Origin: Gammaproteobacteria bacterium
GTDB lineage: Bacteria; Pseudomonadota; Gammaproteobacteria; Arenicellales; JAJDZL01
Length of the DNA stretch: 64,000 nucleotides
Assembly (NCBI GenBank): GCA_047517965.1
Contig: JAKZRU010000001.1
Coordinates: 39,714-103,713, forward strand
Direction: 5' to 3'
Shown: one piece after another, positions 37,423 through 46,579 of the stretch
Layout: each line of letters starts with the position of its first letter
Numbering within the stretch: the stretch's first letter is position 1
Program-made: the position numbers and the translations under genes
The notes under the pieces: model-generated
Seen by the model: the letters and a program-made list of their open reading frames with translations, nothing else
What the model was told of the DNA's origin: nothing
Database searches by the model: none

Positions 37423-37635
37423 CTGATACCTCTGTTTCCTGCTGCATTGTAAAATCGGAATACTTTTCAGTGCGCTACTGCTCTTGCAGCGCAGATTGAC
37501 TCGCAACATAAATCTTCAGAGTTTATCCACTTAGGCGCTTTAAATTAATTTTAGTATGCTGTGTTTAATCGATGTATATAATCGAATTCTTGTAATTCAT
37601 CCAGCAAAATTGAAAATTTACTATTAGAGAGAGAC

Positions 37636-39111
37636 ATGGATTCTACAGACCTCGAACGACACGTAAACAGACCAGGACGAGCTGATCTGGTCAAGCAAGT
37701 CAGAGAAAAAATAAACGAACTGAATATTGATTACATCTACTACCAATTTATTTCTGTAACTGGACGAATTGTCGGTAAGGGTGTGCCTGCAGATCACTGG
37801 GAGGTGATTGCCAGTCGAGGATTTCAATTGGTATACGGATCCACTGCCAACCTGTTTGTTGACCGTTATGGCGACTATATCGGTTACGGACCGGAATCCA
37901 TGGAGCTTGTTGGAATTCCAGATCCAGAAACTTTTTGCCAGTTGCCATGGGACAAACGAGTTGCACGCGTTTACTGTACGTGTTTCCGCAATCGGGAGGA
38001 ACGCGAGAATCCAGGCGGACACTTGAGTTCCGACTGTCGTGGAAACTTACGAATCATGCATAAAGAATTCCAGGCCAAACACGACGGATTACATCTGCGT
38101 CACGGTATGGAACCTGAAATGATGTGGTTGAAACGGGGAGAAGACGGCAAGCCGGATGGTGGCTTCTCGAAACCGTACTGCTATCACATCGACCAGTTTG
38201 AAAGTCTGCGTCCGGTGTTTATGAAAGCCATCGAGTATTCGAGGTTCATGGGGCTGGACATGATCCAGGGCGACCACGAAGATGCACCGGGCCAACTGGA
38301 GCTGAATTTCACTTATGACGATGCTCTTCGAACCTGCGATCGACTGTCGACCTATCGACAGATCTGTGCTCAGGTCGCAAGAGAAAACAACTTGATCGCC
38401 TGCTTCATGACCAAACCCTTCATGGGTGTATCCGCAAGCGGCTGCCATACCAATATGTCGCTTTGGACAGGGGGCGAGGACAAGTTGAATCGGCTCGGCA
38501 ACGATGTATTGAACGGCTTGGAGGATAACTACCATTACATGCAAGGTGGTGATAACAAGTTCATGCCGGATACCGATGACCAGCAACTCCCAGGAAAAAT
38601 CGGTCTTTATGCTGTTGCTGGAGTGATGAAACATTTAGATGGTCTGACTGCACTTGGCTGCTCAACCGTGAATTCCTACCGACGCCTGTGGGATACTGGA
38701 TTCTGGGCTCCGGTGTATAAGGACTGGGGATATCAGAATCGGACGACTGCACTGAGAATTTCAGCACCCGGCCGGTTTGAATTCCGCGCAGTAGATTCAA
38801 TGGTTAATCCTTATCTCTTATGTGGGGGATTATTGAAGGCGTTTGATGACGGTATATCCAATCAGCTTGATCCTGGAGAGCCGGAAGGACGCAATATCTA
38901 TGAAGCCATGGAAGCGGGAAAGAAAGTAACAAAACTGCCAATGTCGCTGGGTGAAGCGCTGGAAGCATTGAAGAATGACCATTTACTGATGGAAGCTTTG
39001 CCGGATGAAATGGGCAAAGTTTTTATGCACTACAAGGAAGACGAGTGGGCAAAATTCATGTCAACCGTAACCGAATGGGATATTGAAACCTATCTCGATT
39101 GTCTGCCATAG
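37636..39111 (+). CDS. gmaS: Glutamine-synthetase-family enzyme, gamma-glutamylmethylamide synthetase-like
   Basis: 491 aa. GS catalytic blocks (GDHEDAPGQLELNFTY, SGCHTNMSLW, NSYRRL). Directly followed by the three mgs-type genes. Confidence 0.7.
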   Translation: MDSTDLERHVNRPGRADLVKQVREKINELNIDYIYYQFISVTGRIVGKGVPADHWEVIASRGFQLVYGSTANLFVDRYGDYIGYGPESMELVGIPDPETFCQLPWDKRVARVYCTCFRNREERENPGGHLSSDCRGNLRIMHKEFQAKHDGLHLRHGMEPEMMWLKRGEDGKPDGGFSKPYCYHIDQFESLRPVFMKAIEYSRFMGLDMIQGDHEDAPGQLELNFTYDDALRTCDRLSTYRQICAQVARENNLIACFMTKPFMGVSASGCHTNMSLWTGGEDKLNRLGNDVLNGLEDNYHYMQGGDNKFMPDTDDQQLPGKIGLYAVAGVMKHLDGLTALGCSTVNSYRRLWDTGFWAPVYKDWGYQNRTTALRISAPGRFEFRAVDSMVNPYLLCGGLLKAFDDGISNQLDPGEPEGRNIYEAMEAGKKVTKLPMSLGEALEALKNDHLLMEALPDEMGKVFMHYKEDEWAKFMSTVTEWDIETYLDCLP

Positions 39112-39121
39112 GAACCAGATT

Positions 39122-40069
39122 ATGTGTGGAATAGCAGGACTCATTCATCGCGGTAAAACATCTGACATCGGCAGCGCATTGCTGTCAATGCTTCAGGCGT
39201 TGAAGCATCGCGGACCTGATTCAACCGGTTTGGCCGTCTACGGTGTCTCCTCTGAAAATGGGGAAGGCGCAGACTACGTGATGCGATTCAAGGTTGCAGA
39301 AGGTGCGGATTTAGCGACTGGCTTTAAGATTTACGATCAGATCAAAGAGAGAATTGCGGCAGTAAGGGATCGTCTATCCGAAAGTGGGGCGGAGGTTACG
39401 CTGGAACAGGAAGTAACGAAATATGCCTATCGATGCCGGTTCAATTTTGAAGGTGATTTACGACGACTTGCAGACTATCTCGAGGATGTCGAAGGGGTGG
39501 AAATTCTTTCGATTGGAAAAAGTCTCGAACTGATCAAGGATCTTGGAGATGCCCAGGTTGTCGGGAGCCAGTATGGTTTACAGAATTTTCAAGGAACCCA
39601 CGCAATCGGGCATACTCGAATGGCAACCGAATCCGACGTAGATATTCGTTCAGCGCATCCGTATTGGGCATATCCATTTCTGGATGTATCGGTCGTACAT
39701 AACGGACAGTTGACCAACTACTGGAATTCGAGACGCGCTATGGAAAGACGGGGACATCGATTCATGTCCAACTGCGATTCGGAACTGATCGCCGTTTATC
39801 TGGCAGACTCAATCGATCGCGGCGATGATCTTGAGGAATCTATGAATCGTTCTCTCTCTGATTTAGATGGCGTTTTTACCTACGTTGTGGCTTCGCAGAA
39901 TCAACTCGGCATGGCCAAAGATTACATGGCCGCAAAACCCATGGTGCTCTACGAGTCCGACGAGTTCGTTGCGTTGGCTTCAGAGGAAGTTGCAATCCGT
40001 AGCATTTTTCCCCACGAAATCGACACGATTGATCCCTATGAAGGAGAGGTAAGAGTATGGCAGAGCTAA
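39122..40069 (+). CDS. mgsA: N-methylglutamate synthase subunit A-like (class-II glutamine amidotransferase domain)
   Basis: Starts MCGIAGLI (Ntn-type Cys1) at the internal ATG 39122. HTRMATES and NGQLTNY blocks. Confidence 0.75.
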   Translation: MCGIAGLIHRGKTSDIGSALLSMLQALKHRGPDSTGLAVYGVSSENGEGADYVMRFKVAEGADLATGFKIYDQIKERIAAVRDRLSESGAEVTLEQEVTKYAYRCRFNFEGDLRRLADYLEDVEGVEILSIGKSLELIKDLGDAQVVGSQYGLQNFQGTHAIGHTRMATESDVDIRSAHPYWAYPFLDVSVVHNGQLTNYWNSRRAMERRGHRFMSNCDSELIAVYLADSIDRGDDLEESMNRSLSDLDGVFTYVVASQNQLGMAKDYMAAKPMVLYESDEFVALASEEVAIRSIFPHEIDTIDPYEGEVRVWQS

Positions 40070-40887
40070 AAGAAGCGGGTTCGATGCATGCAGAAAAACT
40101 TGCGGGTCGAACTCAGCAGGTATTTTTTCCCGCTGTTGAATCTGATCGCCTCGCCTCTCCACTTGCCATTGAGGTTGATATTGACAAGAGTGCCGTGATT
40201 GACGCGGATGGTCTGACAGCGCGAGAAGTGAACTCGCGAATCATGCGGTTAATGCATGAGGGGCACGGTACCATTACCGTGCTGAACCCCGGTGCCAAAC
40301 ACTCGTTGGGAGTCGGAATTCTGAATCGCCTGAATTTGAATTTTGAAGGCAGTCTCGGTTATTTCGGCTGCGGATTGAGTGACGGCCCGAATATTCGAAT
40401 TTCCGGACGGGTCGGATGGTCGTGCGCTGAAAATATGATGTCTGGCACCATCGTGATCGAGAAAAATGCCGGGTCGACGTTCGGTGCGGCTTTACGAGGC
40501 GGCGATCTGGTGTGCAAGTCCGATGTTGGTTCTAGGACTGGAATTGACATGAAAGGCGGCACAATCATCGTCGGTGGACGCACTGGAGCGTTCAGCGGAT
40601 TCATGATGCAGCGAGGTCGCATGATCGTTCTTGGTGATGCCGGCCCGAACCTGGGTGACTCAATGTATGACGGCATCATCTATGTGGGCGGTAGCATTAA
40701 AGGACTCGGAGTTGATGCAGTCGATGCTGAAATGACGGATTTGGAATGCGAGTGGATTGAACGGAAATTGGCATTGTACGGAATGGAAGCACCAAATGGC
40801 GCACGTAATTTGCGCAAAATAGAATCGGGCAAGCAGCTGTGGAACTATGACAGCCTTGAACCTGCCGAAAAGAAACTTGTTCTGTGA
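40057..40887 (+). CDS. mgsB: N-methylglutamate synthase subunit B-like (GXGXG-motif / GltB C-terminal domain)
   Basis: 276 aa with repeated G-x-G-x-G beta-helix motifs (GYFGCGLSDG, GSTFGAALRGG, GAFSGFMMQRG). 13-nt overlap with the previous gene. Confidence 0.75.
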   Translation: MAELKEAGSMHAEKLAGRTQQVFFPAVESDRLASPLAIEVDIDKSAVIDADGLTAREVNSRIMRLMHEGHGTITVLNPGAKHSLGVGILNRLNLNFEGSLGYFGCGLSDGPNIRISGRVGWSCAENMMSGTIVIEKNAGSTFGAALRGGDLVCKSDVGSRTGIDMKGGTIIVGGRTGAFSGFMMQRGRMIVLGDAGPNLGDSMYDGIIYVGGSIKGLGVDAVDAEMTDLECEWIERKLALYGMEAPNGARNLRKIESGKQLWNYDSLEPAEKKLVL

Positions 40888-40897
40888 TGGATTAAAT

Positions 40898-42271
40898 ATG
40901 GACCCTAAACCAAAATCAACACCACCCGAGCCACCAAAGGTGTCCCGGAATACCAGTAGTCTCGGCAGGAGTTCAATTTTCCCGCCGGAAGTTATTGACG
41001 ATATACACATCAAGTCAGAACTCGGTCGATACCGAATGCGGGGATTTTCGCTATTCAAGAACATTCCTACATTTGATCAATTGACATTTCTGCCAGGCAC
41101 GCTTACGAGGTTCGTTATCGAAGGATATCGAGAACGATGCGTAACCGAAACCGTTTTAGGTCCGCGCGCAAAGCGGCCGCTGAAGCTGGATATCCCCGTC
41201 TACATTACGGGCATGAGCTTTGGTGCGCTGTCGTACGAAGCAAAGACTGCGCTCGCTCGAGGCGCTACCATGGCTGGCACTGCAACTTGTTCAGGGGAAG
41301 GCGGCATGATTCCTGACGAGAGGCGTTATTCAAGCAAATGGTTTTACCAATGCATTCAATCTCGCTATGGATTTAATCCTCATCACCTTCGCTTGGCTGA
41401 TGCGTGTGAATTTTTCATTGGGCAGGGTTGCAAAGTCGGTCTTGGCGGGCATTTGATGGGACAGAAGGTGACCGACCAGGTTGCCGAGATGAGATCTTTG
41501 CCAGCTGGTATCGACCAAAGATCACCAGCTCGGCATCCGGACTGGCTGGGACCGGATGACCTTGCGTTGAAAATTGAAGAAATCCGTGAGGCAACGGATT
41601 GGCAGATTCCGATTCAGCTTAAACTAGGCGCTGCACGCGTGTATGACGATGTGCGTATGGCGGCAAAAACCGATCCGGATATGATCTATATAGACGGTAT
41701 GGAAGGATCGACAGGGGCTGGGCCGCATCTAGCGACTGAAGAGACTGGAGTGCCGGGTATTGCTGCAATCCGCCAAGCCCGAAAGGCCTTGGATGATGTC
41801 GGCAAAACTGGGGAAATATCGCTGATTTATGCAGGCGGAGTTCGTAATGGCGGAGATCTGGCTAAAGCTTTGGCGCTGGGTGCTGATGCTGTAGCAATCG
41901 GGCACGCTTCACTGATGGCGTTAAACTGCAACAAGGACATTCCAGAAGCAGATTACGAAAATGAAATCGGGGTTGAGGCTGGATACTGCTATCACTGCCA
42001 CACGGGACGTTGCCCGGTAGGGGTTGCTACTCAGGACCCAATCCTGCGAGCGCGACTCGATCCTGACGCTGCTGCCGAGCGTGTCTACAATTTTCTGCAC
42101 ACGCTTGCGATTGAGTGCCAGATGATGGCTCGTGCATGTGGTAAAACGAATGTCCACTCGCTTGAACCAGAAGATCTTGCTGCTCTGACGATGGAAGCCT
42201 CAGCCATGGCTATGGTACCGCTTGCAGGTACCCAGCACACTGTGGGACGACCCGACATGACTCGCTATTGA
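40898..42271 (+). CDS. mgsC: N-methylglutamate synthase subunit C-like (FMN-dependent glutamate-synthase domain)
   Basis: 457 aa from the internal ATG (MDPKPKST). GMSFGALS, IGQGCKVGLGGHL, IDGMEGSTGAGP and AGGVRNGGDLAKALALGADAV are GltS FMN-domain blocks. Confidence 0.8.
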   Translation: MDPKPKSTPPEPPKVSRNTSSLGRSSIFPPEVIDDIHIKSELGRYRMRGFSLFKNIPTFDQLTFLPGTLTRFVIEGYRERCVTETVLGPRAKRPLKLDIPVYITGMSFGALSYEAKTALARGATMAGTATCSGEGGMIPDERRYSSKWFYQCIQSRYGFNPHHLRLADACEFFIGQGCKVGLGGHLMGQKVTDQVAEMRSLPAGIDQRSPARHPDWLGPDDLALKIEEIREATDWQIPIQLKLGAARVYDDVRMAAKTDPDMIYIDGMEGSTGAGPHLATEETGVPGIAAIRQARKALDDVGKTGEISLIYAGGVRNGGDLAKALALGADAVAIGHASLMALNCNKDIPEADYENEIGVEAGYCYHCHTGRCPVGVATQDPILRARLDPDAAAERVYNFLHTLAIECQMMARACGKTNVHSLEPEDLAALTMEASAMAMVPLAGTQHTVGRPDMTRY

Positions 42272-42282
42272 GGTGAACAGGA

Positions 42283-42690
42283 ATGGATAAAGTTACAGAT
42301 ATAAGTCAGAAGTTCAATAGTGATTCAACAACCGAACGAGAACAGGAAATCGGTCAGCATATTGGCTATAGGTATGATGTCAACTTGGTGCCGGACTATT
42401 CCAAGATCACGCCGTTTCTGAAGAAGTATATTGAGTTTATGGGTTGGGATGATTTGAACTGGCTAGAAGATGTTCATCTCGGATACGAGGAGGGAAGACC
42501 TGCAGTATTCGATCGGAACATTAATGGCTGGGTGCAGGTGCCTGCGGATCTTGAATTGCCCGACAGTCAACAGGAACGCGACATGATTGCACGCGAACTG
42601 TTGGTCAAGTTCCAGTCTTCCGAAGAGCATCCGATGGTGGAACTCGATCAGGAATACGGCAAAGTCAGGCCACCTGCGGAAATTTCATAA
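42283..42690 (+). CDS. Hypothetical acidic protein (135 aa), last gene of the gmaS-mgs operon
   Basis: Starts 11 nt after the mgsC stop and is followed by a strong hairpin terminator. No motif recognised. Confidence 0.5.
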   Translation: MDKVTDISQKFNSDSTTEREQEIGQHIGYRYDVNLVPDYSKITPFLKKYIEFMGWDDLNWLEDVHLGYEEGRPAVFDRNINGWVQVPADLELPDSQQERDMIARELLVKFQSSEEHPMVELDQEYGKVRPPAEIS

Positions 42691-42740
42691 ACATTGATTT
42701 GTGCATGGCTTACTGCAGCTATGCGCAATTGTCTCTGATA

Positions 42741-42780
42741 AAAACCATGCCTGGCTTGTTTGCGGGCATGGTTTTTCTTT
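42741..42780. terminator. Bidirectional rho-independent terminator between convergent operons
   Basis: AAAACCATGCC-tggcttgtttgcg-GGCATGGTTTTTCTTT. A 9-bp perfect stem is flanked by an A-run and a T-run, so it can terminate both strands. Confidence 0.65.
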
Positions 42781-42813
42781 GTTTGACGGACAGTCTGAAC
42801 CAGCCAGCAGGTG

Positions 42814-44157
42814 TCAGGCGGGCTGCCCGAGATAACTCTCCATGGAATCATCCATTGCTTTCAGCCACTCGGTGTGGTGAACCGGCTGTTGGTTATTTGT
42901 AATTAGTGAACGATGTCCGTTGTTTCGATACGTTATGATATTTTCATGTTTGTGATGTTCCCACTCCATGAACGTATTGTTGATTCCCTGCACATCGAAT
43001 TTCGGATAGTCACTTTGATCTAGCAGAGTCTGTACATAATCCCCCTGAAACCAGATTTCCTGTTCGTAGTCCGCAAGAGTCGCTTCCCGTTCCAGCCAGG
43101 CAGCGCTGTCCTTTTGCATCTCATCTTTGGACGGCAGCTTTATGCGCCCCATGATGACATCCCGTGCATACCAAGCCTGAACGTCGAACATGTTGAACGT
43201 GTAGTACTGATCCTGCATTCCGAGGTACATCACTTTGGGATTGTCTTGCCATACGACGCCTTGATACAGATCTGGCGTCCACATACGGTTCCCTGTTCTG
43301 AGCTTCAAGTCTTCTGCCATGAAAGGAAAGTGGTGCAAATATCCTGTGCACAGAATTATCGCGTCAATTCGTTTGCTGCTGCCGTCCTTGAAGTAAGCGG
43401 TCTCGCCATCAACATGTGTCAGCAGAGGAACTTCCTCAAAAGAGTCTGGCCAGTGAAAGCCAGTGGGGGCAGTACGATGGCTGATTGTGATCGATCTCGC
43501 ACCATATTTATGACACTGAGAGGCGATATCTTCCGCTGAGTAACTTGTTCCGATTACTAGCAGATCCATGCCTTCAAACTCGAGAGCATCCCGAAAATCA
43601 TGGGAGTGCAGAATACGTCCATTGAAAGTGTGAAACCCGTCAAATTGGGGAACATTCGGAACCGAGAAGTGCCCGCTTGCGACGACTACGTAGTCGAATT
43701 CCTCAGTCACCAGCGTGTTGTTTTCGAGATTCCTGGCAGTTACACAAAAGATATCGCGGTCTTCCAAGTAGGACACCCAATGCATTGAATGATTGAATTT
43801 GCACCATTTTCTGACTCCGGAAGCTTCGACTCGTCCTTTGACGTAGTCCGTTAGCACCGCTCGTGGCGGATATGAAGGTATCGCCCGACCGAAATGTTCC
43901 TCAAAAGTATAGTCAGCAAACTCCAGGCACTCCTTGGGACCATTCGACCATAAATACCTGTACATGCTGCCATGAACCGGTTCACCGTAGGCGTCTGAAC
44001 CTGTACGCCAGGTATAGTTCCACAGTCCACCCCAGTCGCTCTGTTTTTCGTAGCACACAATTTCTGGAATTTCTGCGCCCTTCTTTTCTGCTGAGGCAAA
44101 TGCGTGTAACTGTGCTACGCCACAGGGCCCTGCTCCGATGATTGCAATTCGTGACAT
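42814..44157 (-). CDS. tmm: Flavin-containing monooxygenase, trimethylamine monooxygenase-like
   Basis: 447 aa. FAD motif IIGAGPCG, FMO-identifying motif FNGRILHSHDFRD, NADPH motif VIGTSYSAED. Size and context (tdm, gmaS) match bacterial Tmm. Confidence 0.8.
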   Translation of the reverse strand: MSRIAIIGAGPCGVAQLHAFASAEKKGAEIPEIVCYEKQSDWGGLWNYTWRTGSDAYGEPVHGSMYRYLWSNGPKECLEFADYTFEEHFGRAIPSYPPRAVLTDYVKGRVEASGVRKWCKFNHSMHWVSYLEDRDIFCVTARNLENNTLVTEEFDYVVVASGHFSVPNVPQFDGFHTFNGRILHSHDFRDALEFEGMDLLVIGTSYSAEDIASQCHKYGARSITISHRTAPTGFHWPDSFEEVPLLTHVDGETAYFKDGSSKRIDAIILCTGYLHHFPFMAEDLKLRTGNRMWTPDLYQGVVWQDNPKVMYLGMQDQYYTFNMFDVQAWYARDVIMGRIKLPSKDEMQKDSAAWLEREATLADYEQEIWFQGDYVQTLLDQSDYPKFDVQGINNTFMEWEHHKHENIITYRNNGHRSLITNNQQPVHHTEWLKAMDDSMESYLGQPA

Positions 44158-44424
44158 AAATCTTCTCCCTTTGTTTCTATCGTTGAAATTTGCAATTCAG
44201 CAAAGAATTTTTCGCAAATTTCTTGGTATCGCTTCAATCATTATAGTAATAGTTGAAACAACTCCAAGATTCTGTATCTCCTTCAGATTCCAGAATTTGC
44301 ATCCAGAGCATTAATTGCATCGCATTGATTCTGAGTTTTTGTTCAAAGTTGAAAATTTATCCGCCACCATACGTGAAAAATTTTAAAGCTTGTAAAGAAA
44401 CGTGCCTGGGAGGGCAAAATTGAT

Positions 44425-45543
44425 GTGGCTGACTTTGAAGTGAAAATAGTAAAACTGAACTCGATAGTGGATCATCCCAATGCTGACCGTCTAGATATTT
44501 GCAAAATAGGAGATTACAACGTGATTTCCGTCAAGAGAATGCATTCACCAGGGGATGAGGTCGCTTACATTCCGGAACAGTCCATTCTGCCGGATTGGCT
44601 GATAGAGGACATGGGGTTGGTAGGGAAACTGTCGGGCTCCAAAAAGAATCGAGTGAAAGCGATAAAACTGCGAGGAGTATTGTCACAAGGTCTGATTTAC
44701 AGTTTGGAGCGAATTCGTAATAGATTTCCATCTATGGAGTTTACCGATAATTCTGTGGGATTGGATGTGACTCGGTTGATGGGAATTGAAAAGTATGAGC
44801 CTCGCATCCCAATGCACATGGAAGGAGAGGTTTGTAATGCTCAAGGGTCAACTCTTAAATACGATATAGAAAATTTGAAGAAGTATCCCGATGTATTTGA
44901 GGAAGGTGAGGAAGTAGTCATTACTGAAAAACTTCATGGAACGCTTCTGCTCGCTGGCTGGCATCATCAAGTCGGTGCAGTAATTTCATCGAAGGGGTTC
45001 GGTGCAAAGGGGCTGATGTTCAAGGATAACGAAGTGAACAACGCCGGAAATTTGTATGTGATAGCAGCTAAGCAGGCGAATCCTTCCGGAATGAGCCTTA
45101 TGGATTGTCTGAAAAGGGAGTATGATGCTTTGTCCAGCACTTCGGGCGAAGAGGAGCTTGCCATCTATGCTCTGGGTGAAATTGTCGGACGTGGAATCCA
45201 GGATTTACAATACGCAACCCTGAAACCGACAGTACATCTGTTTGATGTATATGTCGGGATTCCAGGGCGTGGGGAGTTCCTCGATTCCAGCTTGTTAGGC
45301 AAAGTATCCGAGTGTTGGAAAATCAATTCGGTTCCACAACTTTACAAAGGTGAGTTCAGCAAAGAAGTTGTACAGGAGTATACCGACGGAAGAGAGACTG
45401 TATCTGGAACAGATTCTCACGTACGTGAAGGAGTGGTAATCCGTCCGACAAAGGAAAGATGGGATCGCATACTCGGCCGAGTCATTCTCAAAAGCATATC
45501 AGAGCATTATTTATTGCGAAAGGGCGGCACCGAATTCAGCTAA
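44425..45543 (+). CDS. ATP-dependent RNA ligase, DraRnl (Rnl5)-like, with N-terminal OB/tRNA-binding-like domain
   Basis: 372 aa, GTG start. The N-terminus VDHPNADRLDICKIGDYNVIS is an EMAP/Trbp111-like OB fold. Nucleotidyl-transferase motif I is ITEKLHGT (Lys169). EGVVIRP is motif-IV/V-like. Confidence 0.6.
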   Translation: MADFEVKIVKLNSIVDHPNADRLDICKIGDYNVISVKRMHSPGDEVAYIPEQSILPDWLIEDMGLVGKLSGSKKNRVKAIKLRGVLSQGLIYSLERIRNRFPSMEFTDNSVGLDVTRLMGIEKYEPRIPMHMEGEVCNAQGSTLKYDIENLKKYPDVFEEGEEVVITEKLHGTLLLAGWHHQVGAVISSKGFGAKGLMFKDNEVNNAGNLYVIAAKQANPSGMSLMDCLKREYDALSSTSGEEELAIYALGEIVGRGIQDLQYATLKPTVHLFDVYVGIPGRGEFLDSSLLGKVSECWKINSVPQLYKGEFSKEVVQEYTDGRETVSGTDSHVREGVVIRPTKERWDRILGRVILKSISEHYLLRKGGTEFS

Positions 45544-45660
45544 AGTACCTGAAAAGGAGCATACGATTCTAGAATAAATTGCATTCAATTTCAGTGTTGT
45601 TCAAATTGAACAAGAGACAGTTTCGATCGCTGTAAACGATTGTCAACCGCAGCGCATGAG

Positions 45661-45900
45661 ATCGCTGATTGTGCCCCTGGCAGCCTGAGGGCTGTCAAAC
45701 AATCCACTCGGCAATGCCTGGCGGCAGGTTCTTGCGCGGCCTGAATTCACACAATCGCAGCCATCAACACGATGGACAGAGCCATTCGACGGTGGCAGCT
45801 GCGAAAACAGCTTGAATGGGCATCGGTAGCAGAAATTTTGGAATTTTGAAGTGAGAAGATTACCGGTGGAAATAAAAAATGCGCCAACGGGAAACTCTCA
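45661..45900 (+). repeat. Tandem duplicated module, copy 1 (period 458 bp)
   Basis: 45731-45900 aligns without indels to 46189-46358, with about 13 mismatches in 170 nt by hand count. 45667-45744 aligns in register to 46125-46202, with conserved ends and a scrambled middle. Confidence 0.9.
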
Positions 45901-45956
45901 TATTAAACGATTAAACGGTATTTTGATTTTTATGTTATAGTCAATAACCAACTAGC

Positions 45957-46202
45957 ATGAGTCTAAATTTGAGGTCTACTGTTATGTTATCAATCATCCT
46001 CCCCCGATCAATCTATCAGATAGTTGATTCTGGAAATCGCCGAGAAAATCCAAAATTAATATTTTTCTCGGTTTTTCTTTTTGGAAGTCTCATTCTTAAG
46101 TCTGCTTCTGTCGCGTACGCTGTTGATTGTCAACCTGGCGAGCGGGGTACGATTGATAGAATCAACGAGGACTTTAGTCCGGGTACCTCTTGTGCGGCCT
46201 GA
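45957..46202 (+). CDS. Possible small secreted Cys-containing peptide precursor (81 aa)
   Basis: ORF with an internal hydrophobic segment ending AYA (LIFFSVFLFGSLILKSASVAYA), followed by VDCQPGERGTIDRINEDFSPGTSCAA-stop. Its 3' end is part of repeat copy 2. No clear RBS. Confidence 0.3.
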   Translation: MSLNLRSTVMLSIILPRSIYQIVDSGNRRENPKLIFFSVFLFGSLILKSASVAYAVDCQPGERGTIDRINEDFSPGTSCAA

Positions 46203-46358
46203 ATTCACAGAATCGCAGTCATCAACACGATTGACAGAGCCATTCGACGGGGGCAGCTGCCCAAACAGCTTGAATGGGCATCGGTAGCGGAAATTTTGGA
46301 ATTTTTAAGTGAGAATCTTACCAGTGGAAATAAAAAAAGCGCCAACGGGAAACTCTCA
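46119..46358 (+). repeat. Tandem duplicated module, copy 2
   Basis: See copy 1. The offset is exactly 458 nt for both the peptide-coding part and the downstream 170-nt block. Confidence 0.9.
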
Positions 46359-46579
46359 ACAACATATATTCTTGACATTCTGACACGATACGGTTTATGT
46401 TTACGCTATCAGTTGAAGTAATTTTATTGAATTAACAACAAATAAAAAATTTTCTGGGTTTGTTCAGAAGTTCGGTCGCAAATATTTGGGATTGTGTTCA
46501 ACCGATTATCACTAACCATAAATGATTGAACAAACACACAAGCCTGTCAATTTTGTGATTATTCTGAAGGAGGATATAC

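Noticed and set aside
46081-46287. 68-aa ORF running through repeat copy 2, whose tail RPEFT.SQ.STR.TEPFDGGSC.NSLNGHR is also readable in copy 1
   Set aside because: Four of the five differences between the copies in this frame are non-synonymous. Copy 1 has an upstream stop at 45686 and no start codon. Conservation is therefore at the DNA level, not in this reading frame.
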